The translations under genes were made by a program, and so were the position numbers. Under the pieces are notes generated by a model. The model did not search any database. It had not been told where the DNA came from and worked only from the letters and a program-made list of their open reading frames with translations. From contig CAWDRG010000017.1 of NCBI GenBank assembly GCA_963804645.1, positions 544,001-608,000 of the forward strand: a DNA stretch of 64,000 bases, read 5' to 3'. This document shows positions 52,173 to 61,674 of the stretch, one piece after another. The DNA is from an uncultured Bacillota bacterium. Its GTDB lineage: Bacteria; Sysuimicrobiota; Sysuimicrobiia; Sysuimicrobiales; Segetimicrobiaceae. Numbering within the stretch: position 1 is the stretch's first letter; every line of letters begins with the position of its first letter.

Positions 52173-53294
52173 CTAACGGTCGGTGCGGTACCGCGTCACA
52201 ATCTCCTCGTTCAACTCGACCCCCAACCCCGGGCCCTGCGGGATCCGCACGGTCCCGTGCGACACCACGAGATCGCTGCGCGCCAGCTCCCGGCGCAGCG
52301 GCGACTCGGCCACCGAGTACTCCACGAAGGGGACCGCGGGCAGCGTGGCGGCGAAGTGCACCGACGCCGCGACCAGAATCTCCGACTTCCACGCGTGCGG
52401 CACCAACAGCGCGTGGTGGGACGCGGCAAGATCCGCGATCCGGCGCCCCTGGGTGAACCCGCCCGCGCGCGCGAGGTCGGGCTGGATCACGTCGACGCGG
52501 CCGATCTCCAGGAGGTCGTGGAACGCGCTCGCCAGCGACTCCTGCTCGCCCGTCGCGATCCGCGTGCCCCGCGAGGCCGCGGTCAGGCGCGCCCACCCGT
52601 CCAGGTCGTCGCTCGCGAGCGCCTCCTCGAGCCAGAACGGCGCGTACTCGTGAAACGCGTCGAGGCGGCGCACCGCCTCCCGCAGCGTCCACGCCGCCCC
52701 GGCGTCGACGAGCAGCGCGGCGTCACCGATCGCCCTCCGCGCCTCCCGCACGAGCGCCACATCGGTCGCGAGATCCGGCCCCATCGGTCCCCAGCCGAAC
52801 TTCACCGCCCGGTAGCCCTGCGAGACGTAGCGCTGCGCGCGCTCCCGCATCCGCGCGTGGTCCGCCTCGAACAGCATGCTGGCGTAGAGGGGCAGCGTCT
52901 CGCGGCGCGCTCCGCCGAGCAGCGTGTGAATCGGCTGCCCGAGCGCCTTGCCTTTGATGTCCCACAGCGCGAGGTCGACCGCGGAGATCGCCTGCACGGC
53001 GACGCCGCCGCGCCCCATCCACAGCGTGCCGTCGTACATCTTGTCCCACAGGCGCTCGGTGTGCAGCGGATCTTCGCCGACCAGCATGCTCGCGAGCCCG
53101 CGCGACCGCCACCACGACTCGGGCGCGTCCACGAGCGCCTTCACGACGCTCGGCGACGAATCGGCCTCCCCGATCCCGGTGATCCCCTCGTCGGTGTGCA
53201 CGCGCACGATCACGTCGTCCTGGATCCCGTCCGCGATCGTCGCATCGAGCTCCGGAAGCCTGAGCGGGATCGCCTCGACCTTGGTGATCTTCAT
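52173..53294 (-). CDS. Mandelate racemase/muconate lactonizing enzyme family
   Basis: SAVDLALWD, AVKFGW, LVDAG, LEE, TGEQ, QPD, VPH. Confidence 0.9.
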   Translation of the reverse strand: MKITKVEAIPLRLPELDATIADGIQDDVIVRVHTDEGITGIGEADSSPSVVKALVDAPESWWRSRGLASMLVGEDPLHTERLWDKMYDGTLWMGRGGVAVQAISAVDLALWDIKGKALGQPIHTLLGGARRETLPLYASMLFEADHARMRERAQRYVSQGYRAVKFGWGPMGPDLATDVALVREARRAIGDAALLVDAGAAWTLREAVRRLDAFHEYAPFWLEEALASDDLDGWARLTAASRGTRIATGEQESLASAFHDLLEIGRVDVIQPDLARAGGFTQGRRIADLAASHHALLVPHAWKSEILVAASVHFAATLPAVPFVEYSVAESPLRRELARSDLVVSHGTVRIPQGPGLGVELNEEIVTRYRTDR

Positions 53295-53309
53295 GGCGCC
53301 TCCCGCCGC

Positions 53310-54470
53310 CTACCAGTCCGCGACCGAGCCGTCGTCGTGGAAGTAGCGCAGGAGCGGCTCCTGCGCCATCGGATGCTTGGCCGCTTCGCGCTCGTCGATC
53401 TCCAGCCCGAGGCCGGGACGCGTCGGCGCGAGCGCGTAGCCGCCGGCGCGTCCGAGCGGCTCGTCCACGATGTCATCCCGCCACGGGACATCCGAGCGCA
53501 TCTGCTCCTGAATCAGGAAGTTCGGGGTGGACAGCGCGACGTGCAGCGCCGCCGCCTGGGCGATCGGCCCGGCGGGATTGTGGGGCGCCACGGCGACGTA
53601 GTAGGTCTCGGCCATCGCCGCGATCCGCTTGATCTCCGAGAGCCCGCCGCAGTGCCCGACGTCCGCCTGCACCACGGCGCACGCGCGCTGCTCCAGCAGC
53701 GGCCGAAACTGGAACCGGGTCGTGAGGCGCTCGCCCGTCGCCACGGGACACGGCTGCTGGCGCGCGACTTCGGCCATCGCCTCCACGTTCTCCGGCGGAC
53801 ACGGCTCCTCGATGAACAGCGGCGCGTAGGGGGCGACCGCCCGGCCGTACTGGATGCCCATCGCCGGCGACGTGCGCCCGTGGAAATCCAGCATGATGTC
53901 CACGCCGTCGCCGACCGCCTCCCGGAGCGTCCCCATCAGCCGGTCGAGCAGACGGACCGGCCCGGGGCCTTCGAGCGGCCCGGTCCGCGGGACGAACACC
54001 GCCTTGACCGCGGTAAACCCCTCGGCCACCGACGCCTGCGCGTGCTCGGCGACCGCGTCGGGGGTAAACGTCTCGTAGACGGCGTCGGGCGCGCCGCCGC
54101 CGAGGTGATCGTACAGCCGCACCCGGTCGCGCACCGCGCCCCCCAGGAGTTGATAGACCGGGACCCCGCGCACCTTGCCCGCGATGTCCCAGAGCGCCTG
54201 GTCGATGCCGCTGAGCGCGCTCATCGCGACGATCCCCCCGCGGAAGAACGCCTGCCGGCTCATGACCTGCCAGAGATGCTCCGTCCGCAGCGGGTCCTGC
54301 CCCACCACAAACGGCGCGAAGTCTTCCACACAGGCGGCTACCGCGCGGGTCTTCCACTCCGTCGTGCACTCGCCCCAGCCGACGACGCCCTCGTCGGTCT
54401 CGACCTTCACGAAGATCCAATTCCGCATCCGGGCACCCACGACCACGGGCCGTACTGCGGCAATCCTCAC
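53310..54470 (-). CDS. Galactonate-dehydratase-like enolase-superfamily enzyme
   Basis: GTG at 54470; RNWIFVKVETDEG, GWGE, SGIDQALWD, DFHGR, IEEP, TGER, APHNP, DGSVADW (DgoD-like). Confidence 0.88.
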   Translation of the reverse strand: MRIAAVRPVVVGARMRNWIFVKVETDEGVVGWGECTTEWKTRAVAACVEDFAPFVVGQDPLRTEHLWQVMSRQAFFRGGIVAMSALSGIDQALWDIAGKVRGVPVYQLLGGAVRDRVRLYDHLGGGAPDAVYETFTPDAVAEHAQASVAEGFTAVKAVFVPRTGPLEGPGPVRLLDRLMGTLREAVGDGVDIMLDFHGRTSPAMGIQYGRAVAPYAPLFIEEPCPPENVEAMAEVARQQPCPVATGERLTTRFQFRPLLEQRACAVVQADVGHCGGLSEIKRIAAMAETYYVAVAPHNPAGPIAQAAALHVALSTPNFLIQEQMRSDVPWRDDIVDEPLGRAGGYALAPTRPGLGLEIDEREAAKHPMAQEPLLRYFHDDGSVADW

Positions 54471-54653
54471 GCTCTGCCCCCGTCCGGCCGGCGTCCGCGA
54501 ACGGCGCAGGGCGCGTCGCCGGACCTCGATCGATGGGTTCGCCCACGCGCAAATCGCCACCTCCCGCGCGCGCGGCAGGCGTTCACCCGCACCGCGACGA
54601 ACAGCGGTGCGGCGCGCCGGTCGACGGCGCAGCAGGCACTGGGGAGCGCGTGA

Positions 54654-55871
54654 ATGAGCCGGACGGCTGGGGGCACTCGCACGACGCGGTTCGACACGAT
54701 CATCGCCGGGGGACGCGTGCTCGACCCGGCGTCGAAGCTCGATGCCACGGCGGACGTCGGTATCGCCGACGGGAAGATCGCCGCGGTCGCGCCCGGGCTC
54801 AACCCGGCCGACGCGGCCCGCGTCGTGGACGCGCGCGGCCAGGTCGTCACCCCGGGACTGATCGATCTGCACACCCACGTGTACTGGGGCGCGACCTACT
54901 ACGGGGTCGAGCCCGACCCGGTCGCCGCGCGCACCGGGGTCACGACCTGGCTCGATGTCGGCAGCGCCGGCGCGTACGGCTTTCCGGGATTCCGGCGGTT
55001 CATCATCGAGCCGAGCCGGGCGACCGTGTACGCGCTGCTGAACCTCTCCGCGATCGGATTGATCGCGCGGTCGTGGGAGTTCGTGAACCTACGCTACTGC
55101 GACGCCGAGGTGGCCGAGAAGATCGTCGACGCGCACCGCGACGTCATCCTCGGCATCAAGGCCCGCATCGACCAGTCGACGACCGAAGGCGTCGGCATCC
55201 GGCCGCTCGAGATGGCGCGCGCCCTCGCCGACCGCGTGGGGCTCCCGCTGATGGTCCACATCGCCAGCGGGCCGCCGACGATCGAGGAGGTCCTCGCGCT
55301 CCTGCGGCCGGGGGACATCCTGACCCACTGCTCGACCGGCGGGACGCAGCGGATCGTCACCCCCTCCGGCTCGGTGCGCGAGGAAGTGAAGCAGCTGCAC
55401 GACCGGGGCCTGATCCTCGACGTCGGGCACGGCACCGGCTCGTTCAGTTATGAGGTCGCGGAGGCGATGCTGAACCAGGGGCTCCTGCCCGACGTCATCA
55501 GCAGCGACATCCATCAACTCAGCATTCAGGGGCCGATGTTCGACCTGCCGACGACGCTCTCCAAGTTCCTCAATCTGGGCATGAGCCTTCCGGACGTGAT
55601 CGAGCGCGCGACCGTGCGCCCGGCCCGGGCGATGCGCAAGCCCGAGCTCGGCACGCTGCGGCCCGGCGGGCGCGCCGACGTGGCGGTGTTCCGGCTCGAG
55701 CAGGGAGAGTACGCGTTCTACGACGTCGCGATGACCCGGCGGAACGGCTCGACGCGGCTGGTGAACACGCTCACGATGGTCGGCGGCGAACCGCTGGCGC
55801 GGACCGCGGAGCGTCCGGTCCACGTCTGGGCGACGCTGCCGGAGCACCAGCAGCGGATCCTGCAGCGCTAG
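54654..55871 (+). CDS. Amidohydrolase/deacetylase, dihydroorotase-like (EF_0837-type)
   Basis: PGLIDLHTHVY, DVGSAG, GIKAR, MVHI, GDILTH, DVGHGTGSFS, ISSD. Confidence 0.9.
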   Translation: MSRTAGGTRTTRFDTIIAGGRVLDPASKLDATADVGIADGKIAAVAPGLNPADAARVVDARGQVVTPGLIDLHTHVYWGATYYGVEPDPVAARTGVTTWLDVGSAGAYGFPGFRRFIIEPSRATVYALLNLSAIGLIARSWEFVNLRYCDAEVAEKIVDAHRDVILGIKARIDQSTTEGVGIRPLEMARALADRVGLPLMVHIASGPPTIEEVLALLRPGDILTHCSTGGTQRIVTPSGSVREEVKQLHDRGLILDVGHGTGSFSYEVAEAMLNQGLLPDVISSDIHQLSIQGPMFDLPTTLSKFLNLGMSLPDVIERATVRPARAMRKPELGTLRPGGRADVAVFRLEQGEYAFYDVAMTRRNGSTRLVNTLTMVGGEPLARTAERPVHVWATLPEHQQRILQR

Positions 55872-55933
55872 CGTCCTCCCCGCGGGGGACGAGGCCGCCG
55901 CCGGGCTCTCGCCCGGGCGCCGGCCTTGTCACG

Positions 55934-56806
55934 TCACAGCGCCGAGAGCGCGGCAAACTCCTCATCGCTCAAGCGCACCGCCGCGGCCCCGATGTTCTCC
56001 TCGAGGTGGGCGATCGACGATGTCCCGGGAATCGGCAGCATCACCGGCGACCGCCTGAGCAGCCACGCCAGCGCCTCCTGGGCCGGCGTGACTCCTGGGG
56101 GCGGCGCGATCTCCTCCACGCGCCGGTCGCGCGGGGGCACGAACGCGCCGCTCGCCACCGGACGCCAGGGCAGGAACGCCAGCCCGTCCCGCGTGCACAC
56201 ATCAACGACGGGATCGGACGTCCGATCCGACAGATTGTAGCGGTTCTGCACCGACACCACGCGCGCCATGCTGCGGGCGACCGCAAGCTGCTCCGTGGTC
56301 ACGTTCGAGACGCCGATGTGCCGGATCTTGCCCAGGGACTGCGCGTGCACCAACGCGCCGAGTGACTCGTCGAGCGGGACCTTCGGGTCCACCCGGTGGA
56401 GCTGGTACAGGTCGATCCGCTCCAGCCGAAGGCGCCGCAGGCTCCCGTCCAGCGCCTCCCGGAGATGCTCGGGGCGGCCGTCGGGCACCCATCCGCCGCC
56501 GGGGGGGCGCAGCAGCCCGCCCTTGGTCGCGATCACCAGCCCGGGCGGATACGGATAGAGCGCCTCGGCGATCAACCGCTCTGAGACGGCCGGCCCGTAC
56601 GAGTCGGCGGTATCGATGAAGTTGACGCCGAGCTCGACGGCGCGCCGCAGGACCGCCTTGGCCTGCTCGAGATCAGGCGGCTCGCCGATGACGCCCGGAC
56701 CGGTGATCCGCATCGCCCCGTACCCAAGCCGGTGCACGATAAGATCGCCGATGGCGACGGTGCCCGCCGCCGCGGCGTTCGGCCGATCGCGATGCGTCGG
56801 CATCAC
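55934..56806 (-). CDS. Aldo/keto reductase
   Basis: LGYGAMR, IDTADSYG, ATKGG, IDLYQLH, IGVSN, PIPGT. Confidence 0.94.
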   Translation of the reverse strand: MMPTHRDRPNAAAAGTVAIGDLIVHRLGYGAMRITGPGVIGEPPDLEQAKAVLRRAVELGVNFIDTADSYGPAVSERLIAEALYPYPPGLVIATKGGLLRPPGGGWVPDGRPEHLREALDGSLRRLRLERIDLYQLHRVDPKVPLDESLGALVHAQSLGKIRHIGVSNVTTEQLAVARSMARVVSVQNRYNLSDRTSDPVVDVCTRDGLAFLPWRPVASGAFVPPRDRRVEEIAPPPGVTPAQEALAWLLRRSPVMLPIPGTSSIAHLEENIGAAAVRLSDEEFAALSAL

Positions 56807-56807
56807 G

Positions 56808-57446
56808 TCAGCTCCGCCCCGTCGCGAGGACGCGCGCGGCGTCCCGGGCGTCGCGCGCGGTCATCGGCTTGTTGTAGATGGGGGAGCCCGGCTGCTGGAG
56901 CCGTCCGCCGTCCCGGAGCGAGCCGGTGTCGATCGGGGCGAACCCGATCTCCTCGATCAGCCGCGACACGACCGCCTTCGCGTCCGCGTCGTCCCCGGCC
57001 ACGAACAGCGCCAAGCGGTCGTCGACGGGACTCCCGGGCTGGCCCTTGGCGGCGAGGGTCTGGTAGAACATCGTGTTGAAGGCCTTCACGACGCGGGCGC
57101 CGCGCAGAGACTCGGCGACCAGTTCGCTCGACGTGCGCGGCCCCAGCGACAGATCGCCGTCCCGCTGCGGATAGTAGTTCATCGCGTCGATCACGATCTT
57201 GCCGGACAGCGCCGCGTCCGGCAGCGTCGTGTACTTCCCGAGCGGAATCGCGACGAGGACGACCTGCCCGAACCTCGCCGCCTCGTCGACGGTCCCCGCC
57301 CGCACCCCGGGGCCGAGCGCGGCGATCTGGGGTGCCAGCGACGCCGGTCCGCGGGAGTTGGCGATCATGACCTGATGGCCGGCCTTCGCGAACAGCGTCG
57401 CGGCCGTGCCGCCGATCTTGCCCGAGCCGATGATCCCGATATCCAC
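56808..57446 (-). CDS. NADPH-dependent F420-reductase-like oxidoreductase
   Basis: GTG at 57446; IGIIGSGKIG, ANSRGP, IDAMNYYP, VVKAFNT, AGDD. Confidence 0.88.
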   Translation of the reverse strand: MDIGIIGSGKIGGTAATLFAKAGHQVMIANSRGPASLAPQIAALGPGVRAGTVDEAARFGQVVLVAIPLGKYTTLPDAALSGKIVIDAMNYYPQRDGDLSLGPRTSSELVAESLRGARVVKAFNTMFYQTLAAKGQPGSPVDDRLALFVAGDDADAKAVVSRLIEEIGFAPIDTGSLRDGGRLQQPGSPIYNKPMTARDARDAARVLATGRS

Positions 57447-57593
57447 GCGCGGCCCCCTCACTCTCGTCGTGCCGTTTGCCTGCATAACGCGCGCCGCCTC
57501 CATTCCATGCCCCCTGGCGCGGCCCGCGGGCGCGCGGGAGAACGGCGGCCCGAGGGGGAACTCAGGCGTCGAGACGCACCGAGGAGGCGGGTC

Positions 57594-58586
57594 GTGGCCA
57601 CGATCAACTGGGGAGTACTCGGCGTCGCCAACATCGCGGTGCGCGCGGTGATTCCCGCACTCCAACGCGCTCGCAACGCCCGGCTCGTCGCGATCGCGAG
57701 CCGGACGGCGGCCCGGGCGCAGGAAGCCGCCCAGCGCCTCAAGATCCCGCGATCCCACGCGTCGTACGAGGCGCTGCTTGCGGACCCGGAGATCCAGGCG
57801 GTCTACATCCCGCTGCCCAACACGCTGCACTGCGAGTGGACCGTCCGATGCGCCGCGGCCGGGAAGCACGTGCTGTGCGAAAAGCCGCTCGCCGTCTCGG
57901 CGGCGGAGTGCGACGCGATGATCGCGGCCTGCCGGCGCCACGGGGTCGTTTTAATGGAAGCGTTCATGTACCGGTTCCATCCGCGCACCGAACGCGTCCT
58001 CGAGATCGTGCGCGCCGGCGGCATCGGCGACGTGCGGCTCGTGCGGGCGGCGTTCACGTTCGCGACGCGGGAACGGCGCGGCAACATTCGGTTCGACCCC
58101 GCGCTCGGCGGCGGCGCGCTCAATGACGTCGGGTGCTACGCGACGAACCTCTGCCGCGCCGTCCTGGGCGAGGCGAGCGAGGTCGTCGCGTTCGGCACGA
58201 TCGGGTCGACCGGGGTCGACGAGACGGCGGCCGGGCTGCTGCGGTGCGCCGACGGCCGCGTGGGCATGATCGACTGCGGCATCACCCTGCCCCGCCGCGA
58301 GACCTACGAGATCGTCGGAACGACGGGGCGCGTGGTGGTGCCGAATCCGGGCGCGTTCCTGCCCACGATGGCCGAGACGACGCTCGACATCGTGCGCGGA
58401 GCCGACCGGGACGTCGTCACGATCCCGGGCACGGACCAGTATCAGCGGATGGTGGAGCACTTCGGGGATGTCCTCTCCGGCGAGCGCCTCGCGCTGCCGC
58501 CGGACGACGCCGTCGCGAACGTGCGGACGATCGCGGCGCTGCGCGCCTCGCTGGAGCACGGCACACCCACGACGGTGACGGTGTAG
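57594..58586 (+). CDS. Gfo/Idh/MocA oxidoreductase
   Basis: GAGGAGG RBS and GTG at 57594; WGVLGVANIA, YIPLPN, GKHVLCEKP, GGGALNDVGCY. Confidence 0.93.
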   Translation: MATINWGVLGVANIAVRAVIPALQRARNARLVAIASRTAARAQEAAQRLKIPRSHASYEALLADPEIQAVYIPLPNTLHCEWTVRCAAAGKHVLCEKPLAVSAAECDAMIAACRRHGVVLMEAFMYRFHPRTERVLEIVRAGGIGDVRLVRAAFTFATRERRGNIRFDPALGGGALNDVGCYATNLCRAVLGEASEVVAFGTIGSTGVDETAAGLLRCADGRVGMIDCGITLPRRETYEIVGTTGRVVVPNPGAFLPTMAETTLDIVRGADRDVVTIPGTDQYQRMVEHFGDVLSGERLALPPDDAVANVRTIAALRASLEHGTPTTVTV

Positions 58587-58609
58587 CCGCCCCGCGGCCC
58601 AGGAGGCGG

Positions 58610-59506
58610 CTACCTCATCCGACGGCCGGCGGGGCGCGCGGCGCGGGACGGCGCCGGAACCGACGCCGGGTCGAATCCGACCCACTCGATCCCGGCCACT
58701 CCCTCAAAGCGCTTCGCCATGACTTCGAGGGCTTCCGGGTTGTTGTCCACGAGCACGAATCGTCTGCCGAGTTGGTACGCCGCCTCGCCCGTCGTGCCGC
58801 TGCCCGCGAAAAAGTCGAGCACCGTGTCGCCCGGGCGCGACGACGCGGTGACGATCCGCTTGAGAATCGCGAGCGGCTTCTGCGTGGGATAGCCGGTGCG
58901 CTCGCGCCCGGCCGTCGGCACGATCGTCTGCCACCACACGTCCGTGGGGAGCTTCCCGCGCGCCGCCTTCTCCGGTCCGACCAAGTTCGGGGCCATGTAC
59001 GGGAGACGATCGATGTCGGCGCCGTTGAACACGTAGCGCGCCGGGTTCTTGACGTAAAACAGGATGCTGTCGTGCTTGGCGGGCCACCGCCGAGGGCTGC
59101 GGCCGCCGAAATCATACGCCCAGATGATCTCGTTGAGAAAGCACGCCCGGCCGAACACCTCGTCCAGCAGGACCTTGCAGTAGTGCACTTCTCGGTAGTC
59201 GGTGTGAAAGTAAAACGATCCGTCGGGCGCGAGCACGCGGTGCGCTTCTCGCAGGCGCGGCGCCAGGAATCCGAGATAGTCGTCAAAGTCGTCGGCGAAG
59301 GCGCGGGTGCCGAGCTCGATCGTGGCATACCGCCGTCCCTGGAAGCCGATCCGGTCGCCGCGCTCGGACCGCACGGTCTTGATGCGGGTGCGGCGCTGCG
59401 TCTTCCGGGTGTTGAACGGCGGGTCGATGTAGATCAGCGGCACCGAGTCGGACGGCAGCCGTCGCAGCACCTCAAGGTTGTCGCCCGCGTACACCGCGTG
59501 GGTCAT
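58610..59506 (-). CDS. Orphan N4/N6 DNA methyltransferase, beta class
   Basis: Catalytic DPPF near the N-terminus, then YPTQKP and SAM-binding LDFFAGSGTT near the C-terminus. Confidence 0.92.
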   Translation of the reverse strand: MTHAVYAGDNLEVLRRLPSDSVPLIYIDPPFNTRKTQRRTRIKTVRSERGDRIGFQGRRYATIELGTRAFADDFDDYLGFLAPRLREAHRVLAPDGSFYFHTDYREVHYCKVLLDEVFGRACFLNEIIWAYDFGGRSPRRWPAKHDSILFYVKNPARYVFNGADIDRLPYMAPNLVGPEKAARGKLPTDVWWQTIVPTAGRERTGYPTQKPLAILKRIVTASSRPGDTVLDFFAGSGTTGEAAYQLGRRFVLVDNNPEALEVMAKRFEGVAGIEWVGFDPASVPAPSRAARPAGRRMR

Positions 59507-59561
59507 CGCTCAGGGCTCCCGCCCGGCAGCGCGAGACACACCCGCCGCGGCGGACCGCGAA

Positions 59562-61547
59562 CTAAGTCGCCACATCTGGCGGGGGCGTCGTCACGGGGGA
59601 CGCACCGGACGTCCCTCCGGGACCCGCGCGGCTGGACGCGGCGGGCACAACGCCGCTGAGGTGGGTCAGGGGTCTCGTGCCGTCGTCGGGGCGGTCGTAC
59701 GCGACGCCCTTCAGGTACAGATCGAAGAAATCCCGCATGTCGCGGAGCAATCGCCTGACGTTGGCCCGTGCCGTGACGTAGTACGTTTCCCCCTGGTAGA
59801 CCTTGTACCAGAACGGCTTGTAGTACGCCTCGAGCGCCAACGCAAAGAATCGGGCCTGCGGCGACCCCGGGTACTTGCCTTCGCCGTGCACGACAAAACA
59901 CGGCGTCGCCGCCCGCCGGACATGCAGCAGGGATGAGCACCGCCGGTAGACGTCCTCGTTCTCGTCGAGCCGTCCCAGCTTGTACTCGAGTTGCTTCACG
60001 TGGCGCAGTTCCTCGGTGCCGCTTCGGACCCGGTAGATGAAGTCGCAGTAGCCGGAGCACGGGACCGCCGCCTGAAATGCCCCGGGCGGGGCGAACGCCA
60101 CCGCCGCCATCGTCATGGTCCCGCCGTAACTGTTTCCGGTGATGCCGATGTGCTCGGCGTCGACCTCCGGCAGGCCCCGCAGGTACTCGGCGCCCGCGAT
60201 CGCATCGCGCAGGTCCCCGTGGCCCCAATCCTTCCGGTTGAGATCTTCGAACGCCCGCCCGTATCCCGAGCTGCCCCGGACGTTCGGCAGCAGCACGACG
60301 TACCCCGCGTCGACGAAATACTGTACCTGGGGCTGGAACGTATCCATGAACTGGCTCGTCGGGCCGCCGTGAATCCACAGCAGACCGGGACACGCGCGGC
60401 CCCGGTTCGCCGGCCGGTACAGGTACGCGTGGATCGTCCGCCCGTCAAACGTCGGGTACGCGATCTTGTCGGGCGCCGCGAGACGGCCTTCCACGCCTCC
60501 CCCGAGCATCGAGCGCGTCAGCGGCCGGGCCTGGCCGTCCGCGACGCTCACCACCCACACATCGTTGGGCGTGAGCGGCGTGCCGAACAGATAACTCAGC
60601 CGCGTGCCGTCCGGCGACCAGGCGGGGGCGGTGCACACCCCCATCGTCGGGGCCACGAGCGCACGGGGAGCTCCCCCATCGATGGGCGCGATGCGCAGCT
60701 CCACCGTGCCGTTGTGGTTTTCCGTGTAGGCGACGAACCGACCATCGGGGGACCAGACCGCGTCATTTTGATCCGCCTCGGCCGGCGCCACCCGCCGAGG
60801 ATCCCCGCCGTCGACCGGCGCGGCCCAGATGTTGATCCAGCCGCTTCGCTGCGAGCGGAACAGAAACGTCCGCCCGTCCGGAGATACGCGGGGATGGCCA
60901 AACGCGCTGCCGTAATGATAGTCGAAGAAGTCGGTGTCGCGCAGGACGAGCCTCGGATCGGTCCCATCGGCGTTGATCAGGATCACGTCGTGATCGGTCC
61001 ACGCCTCGTTCAGCCGGACATACAGGATGCGCCCGTCCGGGGTGAACGCCGGATACGTCTCGTAGCGGGCGTCCCCGGTGAGCCGGCGGGCATCGCCGGC
61101 CGGCACCGTCACGCGCACGACGTCAAACGTTCCGCTGGCGTTGGAGGCGACCGCGAGCGCGCGTCCGTCGGGCGCCCAGGCGAACGTTTCGATGCGGCCG
61201 CCGAGCCTGGTCAGCTGCCGCTCGCCGGACCCGTCCGCGGGCCACAGCCAGATCTCGTCCGCACCCGTCTTCGCCGACACGTACGCGATGTATTCGCCGG
61301 TGGGCGACCACTGCGGTCTGGCAAGCGCCAGATGCCCGACGCCGCCCATCCCCACCGTCAGTCGGACCGGCGGGCCTCCGGCCGGAGAGACGCTCCACAA
61401 CTCGGCGGGACCGCCGAGGCCGGATGTGAAGACGACCGCGGTTCCGTCCGGCGCCCACTGCGGCGTCTCGGTCCCACCGACGGCCTGCAGCACCAGCAGG
61501 TGGTCCACCGACACGCCCGTCGGCCCGCCGACGCGTTCACTCCTCAC
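59562..61547 (-). CDS. S9 (acylaminoacyl-peptidase-like) fold protein: beta-propeller + alpha/beta hydrolase with non-canonical triad
   Basis: Repeated WSPDG (PD40) motifs, IHGGP, PNVRGSSGYG, GNSYGG. The Asp and His positions read HGEGKYP and GETYY. Confidence 0.88.
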   Translation of the reverse strand: MRSERVGGPTGVSVDHLLVLQAVGGTETPQWAPDGTAVVFTSGLGGPAELWSVSPAGGPPVRLTVGMGGVGHLALARPQWSPTGEYIAYVSAKTGADEIWLWPADGSGERQLTRLGGRIETFAWAPDGRALAVASNASGTFDVVRVTVPAGDARRLTGDARYETYPAFTPDGRILYVRLNEAWTDHDVILINADGTDPRLVLRDTDFFDYHYGSAFGHPRVSPDGRTFLFRSQRSGWINIWAAPVDGGDPRRVAPAEADQNDAVWSPDGRFVAYTENHNGTVELRIAPIDGGAPRALVAPTMGVCTAPAWSPDGTRLSYLFGTPLTPNDVWVVSVADGQARPLTRSMLGGGVEGRLAAPDKIAYPTFDGRTIHAYLYRPANRGRACPGLLWIHGGPTSQFMDTFQPQVQYFVDAGYVVLLPNVRGSSGYGRAFEDLNRKDWGHGDLRDAIAGAEYLRGLPEVDAEHIGITGNSYGGTMTMAAVAFAPPGAFQAAVPCSGYCDFIYRVRSGTEELRHVKQLEYKLGRLDENEDVYRRCSSLLHVRRAATPCFVVHGEGKYPGSPQARFFALALEAYYKPFWYKVYQGETYYVTARANVRRLLRDMRDFFDLYLKGVAYDRPDDGTRPLTHLSGVVPAASSRAGPGGTSGASPVTTPPPDVAT

Positions 61548-61674
61548 GCGTGCCCCCTATCCCAATACCGACCGGCCGCGGTCAATGACACCGGGGACCC
61601 GATCGATCACTCGGCGCGCCCGGTCGCGAACCTCCCCGGCACTCGCGGCACACCGATCATGCCGCGCGCGCAGG

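Noticed and set aside
58583..58613. Inverted repeat GTAGCCGCC...GGCGGCTAC spanning two convergent stop codons
   Set aside because: Probably an ordinary bidirectional terminator stem, partly created by the two TAG codons.
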